Positions 9,972-20,384 are shown, numbered from the stretch's first letter. The stretch is DNA of 64,000 nucleotides from an uncultured Gammaproteobacteria bacterium (GCA_964427735.1 CAYRUS010000001.1:537373-601372), one strand, 5' to 3'. Program-made: numbers and translations. The notes: generated by a model not told the origin, from the letters alone.

Positions 9972-11072
9972 ATGAAAATTTTAGGCATTGAAACTTCTTG
10001 TGACGAAACCGCAGCCGCTGTCGTCGAAAATGGAGAAAAAGTATTATCCAGTATACTTGCAACCTCATCAGAACTACACGCAAAAACAGGCGGAGTAATA
10101 CCAGAACAGGCTGCGAGAAAACAACTAAGCTCTATTATTCCTGTTATTAAATCATCACTTATAGAGACTGCAGAAAAGGAAAATTATACTGACTATGTCC
10201 AATATCTAAAAAGAGAAATAGATGCTATAGCAGTTACTTATGGACCTGGATTAATTGGCTCTTTACTTGTTGGAGTAGAAACTGCAAAAACTCTAAGCCT
10301 TGCTTTTGATAAGCCATTAATTCCGGTAAATCACTTGGTTGCACATATTTATGCAAACTGGCTAGACAACGATAAAAAGCCTGAATTTCCACTTATTGCA
10401 CTGATGGTAAGTGGAGGACATACTGATTTAATTTATATGAAAGACCATGCCCAAATAGAATGGATAGGAGGGACAAGAGATGACGCTGCAGGAGAGGCAT
10501 TTGATAAAACAGCAAGACTTCTTGGAATTGAATATCCCGGCGGTCCCCGCCTTGCAGAAATTGCAGATAATTATATAAAAGAAAATCTGAACAAAAACTT
10601 AGACATGTTCCCTAGACCAATGTTGGACAAAGACAATTATGAATGGAGCTTTTCTGGGTTAAAAACTTCAGTCTTAAATAAAGTTCAGGAAATTTATTCT
10701 CAGAATAAGGAAATTAAGCTTTCTGATTATGAAAAAATATCTGAAAACCTTGAGGTAAAGAAACAAATACCGAGTCTGGCTGCAGAAATACAAGAAGCTA
10801 TTGTTGATAGCCTTACTGCAAAAACAGTAAATGCAGCAAAAGAATATAAACCAAAAACAGTGATTGTTGGCGGGGGAGTGTCAGCCAATCTTAGACTAAG
10901 GCACAAGATGAAAAAAGAAATTGATAATCTAAATATTGAATTTCAAGCACCACAAAGTAAATACTCTACAGATAACGGTGCAATTATTGCATCATGTGCT
11001 TATTTTAATTATACTCCAATTTCATACAAAAAATTAAACGCCGACCCACAACTTACAATTATTGGCGAATAA
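9972..11072 (+). CDS. tsaD: tRNA N6-adenosine threonylcarbamoyltransferase TsaD/Kae1
   Basis: MKILGIETSCDETAAAVV... N-terminus plus the ASKHA fold and the HxxAH-type metal site (NHLVAHIY). Confidence 0.9.
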   Translation: MKILGIETSCDETAAAVVENGEKVLSSILATSSELHAKTGGVIPEQAARKQLSSIIPVIKSSLIETAEKENYTDYVQYLKREIDAIAVTYGPGLIGSLLVGVETAKTLSLAFDKPLIPVNHLVAHIYANWLDNDKKPEFPLIALMVSGGHTDLIYMKDHAQIEWIGGTRDDAAGEAFDKTARLLGIEYPGGPRLAEIADNYIKENLNKNLDMFPRPMLDKDNYEWSFSGLKTSVLNKVQEIYSQNKEIKLSDYEKISENLEVKKQIPSLAAEIQEAIVDSLTAKTVNAAKEYKPKTVIVGGGVSANLRLRHKMKKEIDNLNIEFQAPQSKYSTDNGAIIASCAYFNYTPISYKKLNADPQLTIIGE

Positions 11073-11075
11073 TTA

Positions 11076-11726
11076 ATGAAAACAATAAAAATTAGCCTAA
11101 TTGAACCTGAAAAAGACAAGCTCAACCAAGCTGCAGAAGTCTTAAAAAATGGCGGAGTAATTGTTTACCCTACCGACACTGCTTATGGTATTGGAGTAGA
11201 TATCACAAACACAAAAGCATTAAAAAAATTATATAAAATAAAGGAGAGAGACAAAGGAAAACCAACTCATATTGTTGTTCGGGATTGGGAGATGATTGAA
11301 GAATACACATATACAAATAATAGAGCAAGAATTTTGTACGATAAATTAATCCCCGGTCCACTCACTATTGTCTTGCCAAAAAAGGCTAACGCTTCAGATA
11401 TTCTGACAGGAGGTCTAACCACATTGGGAGTTAGAATTCCAAACAATACTTTTACTACAGCATTAAGTGAGATTTTCCCATACCCATATACAACTCCTTC
11501 TGCAAATAGAAGTGGAGCAAGTACACCATATTCTATAGACGAAGTAAAAGAGCAATTAAGCGTTGAAAAAGTAGATCTTCTTATTGATTCAGGAAAACTA
11601 ATACCAACTCCGCCTTCGACAATAATTGATCTTTCTAGTAAAACTCCAAAAATTTTAAGATCTGGACCAATTACTAAAACAGAAATTGAAAATATCTTAG
11701 AAGAAGAAATTGATGAAGAGACATAA
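11076..11726 (+). CDS. tsaC: L-threonylcarbamoyladenylate synthase (YrdC/Sua5 domain)
   Basis: 216 aa. VIVYPTDTAYGIGVD matches the YrdC signature. The start is 4 nt after the tsaD stop. Confidence 0.85.
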   Translation: MKTIKISLIEPEKDKLNQAAEVLKNGGVIVYPTDTAYGIGVDITNTKALKKLYKIKERDKGKPTHIVVRDWEMIEEYTYTNNRARILYDKLIPGPLTIVLPKKANASDILTGGLTTLGVRIPNNTFTTALSEIFPYPYTTPSANRSGASTPYSIDEVKEQLSVEKVDLLIDSGKLIPTPPSTIIDLSSKTPKILRSGPITKTEIENILEEEIDEET

Positions 11727-11739
11727 ATTCTCCAAAAAG

Positions 11740-11768
11740 TTGACTACAAACAATTGTTTTTGAGATAA
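11740..11768 (+). promoter_or_regulatory. sigma-70-like promoter upstream of the valS leader (TTGACT-17 nt-AGATAAT)
   Basis: Direct sequence read: ttgact acaaacaattgtttttg agataat. Confidence 0.4.
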
Positions 11769-11774
11769 TACATC

Positions 11775-11967
11775 CAAAGCGTTATTAGTTTGGATTAACG
11801 TCACCAAACAAAACTTTAATTGTTACGCTTCCGGAAGAAAAGGGAATTACCTAAGTAAAACCGGACGAAAACTTTTCGTTAATAGACAAATGAAGTATAA
11901 GTTGAGGTGGTACCTATTTGATTAATTATCAAATCCGCAACACGCTAATTTAGCGTGTTTTTTTTAT
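11775..11967 (+). promoter_or_regulatory. putative T-box leader (tRNA-sensing riboswitch) of valS, with intrinsic terminator
   Basis: A ~270-nt leader sits upstream of an aaRS gene. GAGGUGGUACC (11904-11914) resembles the T-box core AGGGUGGNACC, and the UGGU would pair with the tRNA ACCA end. A candidate specifier is GUC-A (Val) in ...aacGUCAcc.... A clean hairpin plus T-run terminator follows (aacacgcta att tagcgtgtt tttttttt). The antiterminator alternative is not convincingly drawn. Confidence 0.35.
11936..11967 (+). terminator. rho-independent terminator (9-bp GC-containing stem + T8)
   Basis: gcAACACGCTAatttAGCGTGTTtttttttt lies directly upstream of the valS start region. Confidence 0.6.
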
Positions 11968-12006
11968 GGAGATAAACTGATTTAATAATAATTAAATAAA
12001 AAATAT

Positions 12007-14259
12007 ATGGACAAAAAATTTGATCACATACAATACGAAGAAAAAATTTATAAGCTTTGGGAAGAAAACAATTCCTTTAAGCCAACTGATACAAGCAAAA
12101 AGTACACAATTCTTATGCCTCCTCCAAATGCAAATGCATCTCTTCACGCAGGACATGCAATGTATACAGTTGATGATATATTAATTCGCTTTAAGCGAAT
12201 GCAAGGGTACTCAACTTTATGGCAACCTGGAATGGACCATGCAGGATTTGAGACTCAATTTGTTTTTGAAAAACATCTAAAAAAAGAAGGTAAAAGTAGA
12301 ATGGATTTTGATAGAGAAACTCTTTATCAAAAAGTTTACGATTTTGTACAAGAAAACTCAGGTCTAATTTATAAACAGATGAAGAAACTCGGTTTTAGTG
12401 CTGATTGGGAAAGAAGTATATTTACATTAGATGAAAACGTAATTGAGTATGTTTATGAAACCTTTGCAATGATGATTAAAGACAAATTAGTTTACCGTGA
12501 TGACTATTTGGTAAATTACTGTGTTTATTGCGGAACTTCTTTGGCAGAATTGGAAATTAAACGCCTTGAAAGGGTAGATCCTCTCTTCTACATAAAATAT
12601 CCACTTGTAAACAAAGATGATTATATTATTGTTGCGACAGTCAGACCAGAAACTCTTTTTGGAGATACAGCAGTTGCTGTAAATCCCAAAGATAAAAGAT
12701 ATAAAAACAAAGTAGGTGAGTATGTTTACCTACCATTAACAAAAAGAGAGATTCCAATAATTGATGATCCAATGGTAGACATGGAGTTTGGGACAGGTGC
12801 AGTAAAAATAACACCAGCTCATGATCCAAATGACTTTGAAACTGCAAGAAGGCATGATCTAGAAAAGATCTCTGTTATTGACCTAAACGGAAGAATAAAG
12901 TTGCCAAAAGATTCTGACTTTAAAAACATTGAGGGTCTAAAAGTTAAACAAGCTAGAGAAGAGGTAATAGGGGAGTTAGAGAAAAAAGGCTTTATTGAAA
13001 AAGTTGACAAAGATTATGAACACGCAGTTACTGTTTGCTACAAGTGTGGACGTGATTTAGAGCCAACAACTATCCCAAATTGGTTTATAAAAGTTGAGAA
13101 TCTCAAAAAACCAGTAATCGAATCTGTTAAAAAAGATAGAGTAAATTTTGTACCCAATAGATACAAAAAACAAATACTGCAGTGGCTCGAGATCATGCAT
13201 GATTGGCCAATTTCAAGGCAGATTGTATGGGGAATAAGAATTCCTGTTTGGTATAAAGTTGAAAAGTCCAAAAACAATATTTGGGTCTGGTGGATTGATA
13301 AAGATAAAAAATTACATCAAGGACAAATATCAAAGTTCCTTAATGATGGTGTATCTCTAGAGGAAATTAAAGATGGCTTACAAAAGATAAGTGCAGATAC
13401 AGGTAGTAATCAACCTGAATTTGTGGTTTCAGCAGAAGAACCTAAGGATGGGGATTATTTACCTGAAACGGACACTTTCGATACTTGGTTTTCTTCTGGT
13501 CAGTGGCCACTAGTTACTCTGTCAGACAAAGAAAAAGAAGACCGTCTTCCGACCAACATGTTAGGAACTTTGGCAGATATCCTAAAATTTTGGGTTTCTC
13601 GAATGATCATGTTTTCTTTATATCGGGAAAATAAAATTCCATTTAATGATGTCTATCTTTGGAGTATGGTTGCCGATAGCAAAGGAGTAAAAATGAGTAA
13701 ATCAAAAGGTAATGTGGTTAATCCAATAGAGTTAGTAGAAAAATACGGAGCAGATGCTTTAAGAATGTCATTGATGTACGGCATACCCGCAGGTAGCAAG
13801 GTAATCTTATCTGACGACAAAGTTAGGGGAATGAGAAATTTTGCTAATAAAGTATGGAATATCGCAAGGTTTGTATTTATGGAAAATTCAAAAAAGAATA
13901 AGTTCAATTCTAATTTATTATCCTCTCTATCTAATAAAGATGATAAATGGATAATCAGTGAATTAAACAAAACAATTGAAACAGTTACCAATTCTCTCGA
14001 GAAATACAAACTAAATGAAGCATCAGAATCTATCTATGACTTTATCTGGCATACATTTGCGGATCAATATATTGAAAAGGCTAAAGATAGAAGAGAGGAG
14101 ACTCAACCTATCCTTGAATACGTTCTGATGACATCTCTTAAGCTACTGCATCCATTCATGCCGTTTGTAACTGAAACAATTTGGCAAGAGGGGAAAGATA
14201 GATTTGATAATAAACTACTGATAACTTCCAGTTGGCCGAAAAGTTTAAATAAACAATAA
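12007..14259 (+). CDS. valS: valyl-tRNA synthetase (shortened, 750 aa)
   Basis: Class I aaRS with HIGH (PPPNANASLHAGHA) and KMSKS motifs. WPISRQIVWGIRIPVWY matches the ValS-type DWCISRQ..WGH.IP motif. Confidence 0.85.
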   Translation: MDKKFDHIQYEEKIYKLWEENNSFKPTDTSKKYTILMPPPNANASLHAGHAMYTVDDILIRFKRMQGYSTLWQPGMDHAGFETQFVFEKHLKKEGKSRMDFDRETLYQKVYDFVQENSGLIYKQMKKLGFSADWERSIFTLDENVIEYVYETFAMMIKDKLVYRDDYLVNYCVYCGTSLAELEIKRLERVDPLFYIKYPLVNKDDYIIVATVRPETLFGDTAVAVNPKDKRYKNKVGEYVYLPLTKREIPIIDDPMVDMEFGTGAVKITPAHDPNDFETARRHDLEKISVIDLNGRIKLPKDSDFKNIEGLKVKQAREEVIGELEKKGFIEKVDKDYEHAVTVCYKCGRDLEPTTIPNWFIKVENLKKPVIESVKKDRVNFVPNRYKKQILQWLEIMHDWPISRQIVWGIRIPVWYKVEKSKNNIWVWWIDKDKKLHQGQISKFLNDGVSLEEIKDGLQKISADTGSNQPEFVVSAEEPKDGDYLPETDTFDTWFSSGQWPLVTLSDKEKEDRLPTNMLGTLADILKFWVSRMIMFSLYRENKIPFNDVYLWSMVADSKGVKMSKSKGNVVNPIELVEKYGADALRMSLMYGIPAGSKVILSDDKVRGMRNFANKVWNIARFVFMENSKKNKFNSNLLSSLSNKDDKWIISELNKTIETVTNSLEKYKLNEASESIYDFIWHTFADQYIEKAKDRREETQPILEYVLMTSLKLLHPFMPFVTETIWQEGKDRFDNKLLITSSWPKSLNKQ

Positions 14260-14266
14260 ACAGAAT

Positions 14267-14605
14267 ATGGAACACAGAGTAAGTCTAACTGACAAAGAAG
14301 CATTCGACTTGTTTTCTAAACTGGTGATCCTTGAAGTATATCGGGTTACAGACGAATATACAGGAGAAGAAAGAATAAGAACAGACGAACGTGGTACTCA
14401 AAAAAGAGACTACAAAACACCCGTAAAGGGAGTTGTTCATAGATTTACTTCATTGTCCAGACTAGGAGAAATTGAAAATATATGGTTCGAATTCAAATGG
14501 ACTAAAAACAAAAAACGCTTTGCGGTAGAGTTTGAAGGTGATGTTCCAGATGAATATAAAAAAAGACCTAACATTCCCGGTTGGGATATACTAAAAAATG
14601 CTTAA
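14267..14605 (+). CDS. hypothetical protein
   Basis: 112-aa ORF 8 nt after valS. It overlaps the next ORF by 8 nt. Confidence 0.45.
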   Translation: MEHRVSLTDKEAFDLFSKLVILEVYRVTDEYTGEERIRTDERGTQKRDYKTPVKGVVHRFTSLSRLGEIENIWFEFKWTKNKKRFAVEFEGDVPDEYKKRPNIPGWDILKNA

Positions 14606-15116
14606 AATTAATTTTTACCCTGAATATGACAATCAAGAAGTCGCAATTGGAGCTAGAGAATACCAAGGAATCTGGAACAATGACGGTCAGCAAATAGTAA
14701 CTTCATTTAAAAACATCACAGGTTTGAGATTTTTTGAAAGGGAAATAAATGCAATTGTTTTTGACAAAGGGATCCCTCGTTCCCACCCAATGTGCCTTCG
14801 GGCAAACGAGAAGTCTTGGGTTAAAAAATCAGTATTAATACACGAACTAGCTCACAGATTGGTTGTGGGGAACAATATAACAATTTCAAATAAAATTAGA
14901 AGTGAGACAAAATCAGAGGATGTTCATAGGTTTTTATATCTGTTTTTATATGATGTATGGACAGATGTGTATGGAGGTGAATTAGCTGACAAATCAGTCG
15001 AGCGCGAGAAAAGCTTAAGTGATGTTTATAAAAACGCTTGGGAGTGGGCATTAAAATTTAGTAGAGAAGAACGTAATCAAAAATTTAAAGAAAGAATAAG
15101 AAAATCGAATTATTAA
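14598..15116 (+). CDS. putative small zinc metallopeptidase (HExxH; ImmA/IrrE- or SprT-like)
   Basis: 172 aa with VLIHELAHRLV (HExxH). Translationally coupled to the preceding ORF. Confidence 0.4.
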   Translation: MLKINFYPEYDNQEVAIGAREYQGIWNNDGQQIVTSFKNITGLRFFEREINAIVFDKGIPRSHPMCLRANEKSWVKKSVLIHELAHRLVVGNNITISNKIRSETKSEDVHRFLYLFLYDVWTDVYGGELADKSVEREKSLSDVYKNAWEWALKFSREERNQKFKERIRKSNY

Positions 15117-15239
15117 TTTTCCTTAAATAATTTTTGCTCTCTTTTAAATATAGCATCAAAAACCGGCAGTATTGAATTACCTGGTAAAGGGAGTTTGCCT
15201 TCTTTGCTTTTTTCTGCTAAAAATAAACAATCCTGCTAA

Positions 15240-15659
15240 ATGAAAAACTTTAGAAAAAAACTTAAACAAATTAAGTCCGAATTAAACAAAGAAGTTAAAA
15301 AGTATAAAAAGTTTTTTAATAAAAAATCAAACAAAAAAATTTACAATTCTTCTAACTTTGCATTATTTGCCTTTACCCTTTTTGTTTTTGCTATCTGTTC
15401 TTTTAATCTAAAAACTTATTTAACACCAAAAGAAACTCCTACAGTATTGGCTGCAACTTCAACTTACCAAGAAGAATTAAGATTTTTGACTGATCTTGTT
15501 TTTGAACATCCCGATTATATTGATGGCTGGATAGAACTTGCTCGATTAGACCATAAACATCAAAATCCAGAAAGAGTACAAGTATGGATTGCAAAAGCAG
15601 AAAGCATAAATCCAAACTCTCCAAAGTTAATTGAACTTAAAAAGGAATTAGGAATATAG
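15240..15659 (+). CDS. hypothetical bitopic membrane protein
   Basis: 139 aa with a Lys-rich N-terminus, one TM (FALFAFTLFVFAICSF) and a short helical C-terminus. Confidence 0.4.
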   Translation: MKNFRKKLKQIKSELNKEVKKYKKFFNKKSNKKIYNSSNFALFAFTLFVFAICSFNLKTYLTPKETPTVLAATSTYQEELRFLTDLVFEHPDYIDGWIELARLDHKHQNPERVQVWIAKAESINPNSPKLIELKKELGI

Positions 15660-15713
15660 TTATCGCTACTGAATTTTACAAGTATGAAGTTTAAAAAAAT
15701 AATCCCTGGATAA

Positions 15714-16403
15714 TTATTGTTTATCCGACTCGCCTTCCCCTTCTTCTGTTGGAGATTCCTCTGTTTCAGTCTCCCCTTCTTTAGTTTCTTTTTCCTCGCC
15801 AATTATTTCAGTTTCAACAGGCTCTACCTCTTCTTCCTCTTCTTGAGGCTCAGCAACCCTTACAACAATCTCTTCCCCATCAATTTTAATTTCAACCTTA
15901 TCTCTATCAACCTTTATATCTTTAACATGGATTGCCTGATCTACCTCTTCTAATACAGAAATATCAAGAACAAAACTATCTGGTAAATCAGTTGGAAGTG
16001 CTTCAACTTCTATTTCGTTAATAAGTTGAACAACGGTACCATCGCTCTTTTTCTCTGCAGGGCTTTCTCCTTCTAATTCAACAGGAACATTTGCTGTGAC
16101 TTTTTCTTTAAGGTCGATTTGGTATAAGTCAGCGTGAACTGGTCTTGCACTAATAGGGTCTGTCTGGACATTAGAAATTAGCACAGGTCTTGCTTTTGTT
16201 TCTCCTTCAACAGTAACATTAACTATTCCAGTCTCCCCTGCTTCTTCATAAACTTTAACAAAAGTTAATAGATCTGTTTGAACAGACAGAGAATCTACAT
16301 CTTTACCAAAAATGTTTGCAGGAAGAACACCTTCGCGGCGCAAACGTTTTACTTTACTTCCTTTTAATTCTCTTTTTTGAACTGCTAGTTTTGAATCTGT
16401 CAT
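15714..16403 (-). CDS. rplY: 50S ribosomal protein L25/general stress protein Ctc, with an acidic C-terminal tail
   Basis: MTDSKLAVQKRELKGSKVKRLRREGVLPANIFG... matches L25/Ctc. The C-terminal E-rich extension is unusual but tolerated. Confidence 0.85.
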   Translation of the reverse strand: MTDSKLAVQKRELKGSKVKRLRREGVLPANIFGKDVDSLSVQTDLLTFVKVYEEAGETGIVNVTVEGETKARPVLISNVQTDPISARPVHADLYQIDLKEKVTANVPVELEGESPAEKKSDGTVVQLINEIEVEALPTDLPDSFVLDISVLEEVDQAIHVKDIKVDRDKVEIKIDGEEIVVRVAEPQEEEEEVEPVETEIIGEEKETKEGETETEESPTEEGEGESDKQ

Positions 16404-16408
16404 TTCAT

Positions 16409-19213
16409 TTACCAGTCTACTTCGACTGTCTTATCATACATCAGGTTTGTATTATATAGAAAACTGCTAGCTTTGGTCAAGGAAGCATCTGTTTTGTAAG
16501 TTGTTTGTGCCTCACTAGGGAATACAAAGCTTGCTGATATTTCATCATTTTTAGTTCCTGGTTCTTTTCTAATTAAGAGGTGGTAAGAACCTTTATTCAT
16601 AAAATCGAGATTTGTATCTCTTGTCCAAGAAAAAACTATTTCTTGAGTTTGCCCTACAGGAACTTCAACTTCTAAACCGGCAGAAACAAACCTTGTTTCA
16701 TTTTCTATGTTCAAATTTTTAATCATGCTTCCCCCACTTCCTCTAACTTCTGCATCTGAAAATATTGAGTTTGGATCTACTAGCAACCGAACATAAGATT
16801 TATAACTGCTGTCTCCATTATTTGTTAATGTAAAAATAAGATTTCTTTTTATATTTTCATTATTTACTTCAACATACAAGCTTTGCTCCCTTACTACATT
16901 ACTACCCCATCCCTCAATGCCTGACTCAACTATTCCAACAAAATCTCGTTCACAGTTTGCGTTACAAAAATCACCCCCCACTACCCCATCCCACTCATTT
17001 ACTGCTATGTACTTTTGTAAGCTGCTATTAAGCCGAACCATGATGTCTTTTTTATCGAGTCCTTGGAAAATTTTAGTAATTAGCAAAACCTTTTGCTTTT
17101 TTGTGATTTTTTGATTGCCTGATAAAAATTCATTTACAAACATTTCCATACCTCCAGAAGAATTGTTTATTGTCGGATCTTTTGAAATTTGACTATCTTC
17201 AAAATTCCCTTTTAATATATCTTCTATCTGCTTTTGTAATTGATTGTTTACCACAAAAACTCCATCTATATTTTCGTCTAATGCAGTATTTAAAAACCAA
17301 CTAATCTGACTAGCTGTTTTAATAAAATCAGGATTCCAATTAGCATCACTAAATTCCCATGAGTTTTTGTTTAATGCCGTTCTTAATGATTCCGGTGCTT
17401 CTACCTGTCCTTGAATTTTGCTTTGAATTGCCTGAGCATTTGTAACTGAAATATCAGTAATTCTACCTCTTTCTATGGAAACTAAAACAAGGTCAGAAAT
17501 AATTCCTCCTGTTGGTCTAAGAATATTTTGATCTTGTAAAACAAATGCATAACGCTTTTGTTTATCATAACCAAGCCAGTCTTCTGCATTCATAAAAATA
17601 TCACGACCGGCTAGAAAGTATTTTCTGTATCTATTTAGTTTCTCACTATCAAGAAAAGATTTAAGATTGATTTTCTCTTTATCACTTAACAAATTATAAT
17701 CTGCTTGAAGAAAGGACAAATCTCTATATGCTTTATCCATATTAACAGCTAGTTTTTGAGCATCTTCTAGAGTCAATGCTTTACTACTCTTAAAACTATC
17801 AATAACTAAAAAAGAATCCTCTGTTACATCTAAAACATTCTTAAATACTTTTGAAGACTTACTCATAAAAAGCGTTCTTTGTCTAAGACTATTAGTTGCG
17901 CTTCCTAACAAGGGTAGTTCTGAATAAACCACAAAACTCTTCTGGGCATTTTCTGATAAAAACATACTAATAGAAAAAAAAGAATTTGCAGATTTGAGAT
18001 TAGCATTCTGAAGTGAGTGTATACTAAGTGAAGTAGTCAAAAGGGAAGCTAAATACATAAAAAATGGCAGCAATAAAATAAAAATAGTAATGAAAATAGA
18101 TAGAATAAAAACACTCTTTGGAAGCTTTCTATTGCTTTTTGTTTTTTTACTAAAAAGAGATGCTATTTTAAGTTTTAACTTTTTAAAGTAATTTGTTTTT
18201 GGATATTTTTTTTGGACATTAGAAACAGGATTTTCTTTTTTAACTTTAGTTTTGGCAACATTGACTTCATTTTTTTGGGGAAGTATTGGTTGTGGTGGAA
18301 TGTCTACATTTTCCTGACCAATTATAAGTGGGGGGGAAATTTTGTTTTGAACTATTTTACTTATAGAGCGGACTTCCTTTTTTTTGTCTTCTTTCTTATT
18401 GATGATATTTTTTAGTGAGTCCTTGAAGTCTGTTTCAACAGTTGATCTTGAATGATAATCAATTTTTTTTATATTCCATTCATTTTTATCGAATGCAAAC
18501 GAGAGATCTTTGTCTAGTTTATGAAGAATGGAAAGTGTTTTTGTTACGGAATATCTAGGTCCTGCAATAAGAAGTTTTTCCATTGTAAACGGACCAAAAG
18601 AAAACAAATTTCTAACGATTAATCTTGCTGCAACTTTTGCTGAAAGAGGGAAAAGATCAATCTCCTTTTTTGGTGCATAAACCACTTCATTTTTTGCATC
18701 ATTAATAATTTTATTAATCAAAAGATCTTCTCTTTTTTCATCTGTAATCACATCACCTAACAAAACCACTCCAATATTTTCTGTGCTTTTAAATAACTCA
18801 AAAAGTTCTAAGGAATAATTTTTGTAGACATCAAGTGACTGATAGGGGTATACAAGAAGAGTCCTATTGTTTTTAGCTAAAGAATTCTTGAGTACAAATT
18901 TATAAAATAATTCCTCGGACTTTAAAACCTCAGTTTTAGACTTGTATTTGTTATGTACAAGAAAGTTACTTACTACAATAAAGAAGTCAAAATCGCCATT
19001 ACTATATTGAGTAAATTTTGTTATCGATACAGACCCTTTAATACCAGAGCGGGCTAAAGTCTTTTTCCATCGATTTTCCTTTGGTGCCACAATACTTACT
19101 TGACAACCAGCATTAGTTAATTCCTTAACCACCGCGACTGATAAGTCGCCTGGCTGTGCTAACAAAAGCACTCGAGATGAATTGGTTCCATGTGTTAAAG
19201 ATGAGCTTTCCAT
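16409..19213 (-). CDS. large membrane protein with an N-terminal Rossmann-like domain, a TM segment and a C-terminal DUF4012-like extracytoplasmic domain
   Basis: 934 aa. A TM segment lies around VFILSIFITIFILLLPFFMYLASLL. LQDQNILRPTGGIISDLVLV resembles the DUF4012 motif (QNNAE-LRPTGG-). Confidence 0.6.
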   Translation of the reverse strand: MESSSLTHGTNSSRVLLLAQPGDLSVAVVKELTNAGCQVSIVAPKENRWKKTLARSGIKGSVSITKFTQYSNGDFDFFIVVSNFLVHNKYKSKTEVLKSEELFYKFVLKNSLAKNNRTLLVYPYQSLDVYKNYSLELFELFKSTENIGVVLLGDVITDEKREDLLINKIINDAKNEVVYAPKKEIDLFPLSAKVAARLIVRNLFSFGPFTMEKLLIAGPRYSVTKTLSILHKLDKDLSFAFDKNEWNIKKIDYHSRSTVETDFKDSLKNIINKKEDKKKEVRSISKIVQNKISPPLIIGQENVDIPPQPILPQKNEVNVAKTKVKKENPVSNVQKKYPKTNYFKKLKLKIASLFSKKTKSNRKLPKSVFILSIFITIFILLLPFFMYLASLLTTSLSIHSLQNANLKSANSFFSISMFLSENAQKSFVVYSELPLLGSATNSLRQRTLFMSKSSKVFKNVLDVTEDSFLVIDSFKSSKALTLEDAQKLAVNMDKAYRDLSFLQADYNLLSDKEKINLKSFLDSEKLNRYRKYFLAGRDIFMNAEDWLGYDKQKRYAFVLQDQNILRPTGGIISDLVLVSIERGRITDISVTNAQAIQSKIQGQVEAPESLRTALNKNSWEFSDANWNPDFIKTASQISWFLNTALDENIDGVFVVNNQLQKQIEDILKGNFEDSQISKDPTINNSSGGMEMFVNEFLSGNQKITKKQKVLLITKIFQGLDKKDIMVRLNSSLQKYIAVNEWDGVVGGDFCNANCERDFVGIVESGIEGWGSNVVREQSLYVEVNNENIKRNLIFTLTNNGDSSYKSYVRLLVDPNSIFSDAEVRGSGGSMIKNLNIENETRFVSAGLEVEVPVGQTQEIVFSWTRDTNLDFMNKGSYHLLIRKEPGTKNDEISASFVFPSEAQTTYKTDASLTKASSFLYNTNLMYDKTVEVDW

Positions 19214-19433
19214 GGCAGTCTCATGGGAAAAATTTTTTCATCATATTGATTCTAATTTTCCCAATATTTTCAAGGAATCGATACCTTGACTTAAATTAAT
19301 GCTACGCCATGAAATACTCTGATGCAATTATAAATACTAGTTGTGTAAAGAAAATAGAAATTGCCTATTTTACGGGGATTGTCATCTAGTGAAAATCAGT
19401 GTCCTGAGCTTAGCACATGAAAGAGTATAAAAT

Positions 19434-19871
19434 TTACTCAATTTTATTTTGAACCTGATCTAATTTGTCATTTAGAAGCTTGTCTGCTCTTTTATTTTTA
19501 TCTCTCAGGACACTAGTGTACACTAGACGACAACTAAGAGATTTTTCTTTATTTTTTATTGCTAAAAAAAGCTCTATGAGATTTTTGCTTTTGACTTTGT
19601 AATTTCCAGAAAGCTGATTTACGACCAGTTGAGAATCTAAAATAAAAGTAACTTGTTTTACTTTATTTTCTTTACAGTAATCCGCTAGCCAATCCATAGC
19701 AAAGTCCACTCCTTTGTATTCTGCGTAGTTATTAGTCCGCTCTCCTAAATAAAATGCCTGTTCATGAATTATTGAGTCCCCTTCTTTGACAACAAATGCA
19801 GAGGCCGCCGGTCCTGGGTTTCCCCTTGCCCCACCGTCTGTATAAATAGTTAGTTCCTTTCCTTTATCCAT
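19434..19871 (-). CDS. rnhA: ribonuclease HI
   Basis: IYTDGGARGNPGPAA...TNNYAEY...DSQLVVNQ... are the RNase H catalytic motifs. Confidence 0.85.
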   Translation of the reverse strand: MDKGKELTIYTDGGARGNPGPAASAFVVKEGDSIIHEQAFYLGERTNNYAEYKGVDFAMDWLADYCKENKVKQVTFILDSQLVVNQLSGNYKVKSKNLIELFLAIKNKEKSLSCRLVYTSVLRDKNKRADKLLNDKLDQVQNKIE

Positions 19872-20384
19872 TACAGAAAGATAATAACATAATTTTTATA
19901 CCTTAATCAGTCCTGTTGAGTATTAATTTTATTCTTAGCTAAGACCATAATGTGACTGGATACCTCACAGACCAAGAATTAGCTACTAAGTTTTATAGAT
20001 TAGTTAATACAGGATTTCATTTACCAAAAATGTAAATGCACATCGAATATTAATTCGACTTTTTCAGGAATATATAGCAAGACGTTTCCAGGAATTTTAG
20101 TTGTTATTTTGTAGTCAGAACTTTTAGTTTTTAAACAATATTTGTAAATAAAAAAAATTAAAACAAAAAGCATTAAGATATTCTGCTGCAAAGTTAACCA
20201 ATAATGATCTGTAAATCCAGTTAAAAAAATTACAGGAGAAAGGTAGTCAGCTCTCACTCCGTTAACAAAAAAACTCCGGCTAGAAGTGATAGGCGAGTTG
20301 TGTGGGATGAAAAAGGATAATAAGCTGAAAAGCCGTGTCAATAATTCGAGAATTGTTAATCAACATAGCCTATTTTAAACAATG

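Noticed and set aside
15714-15860. Glu-rich repeat at the 3' end of rplY (EEEEEVEPVETE… encoded by gaa/gag runs)
   Set aside because: This is a low-complexity acidic tail of L25/Ctc. It is not a DNA tandem repeat or mobile feature.
20021-20341. 106-aa minus-strand ORF in the 19.9-20.4 kb gap
   Set aside because: No start context, odd composition, and it overlaps no conserved signal. It is probably non-coding or a degraded remnant and is not called.
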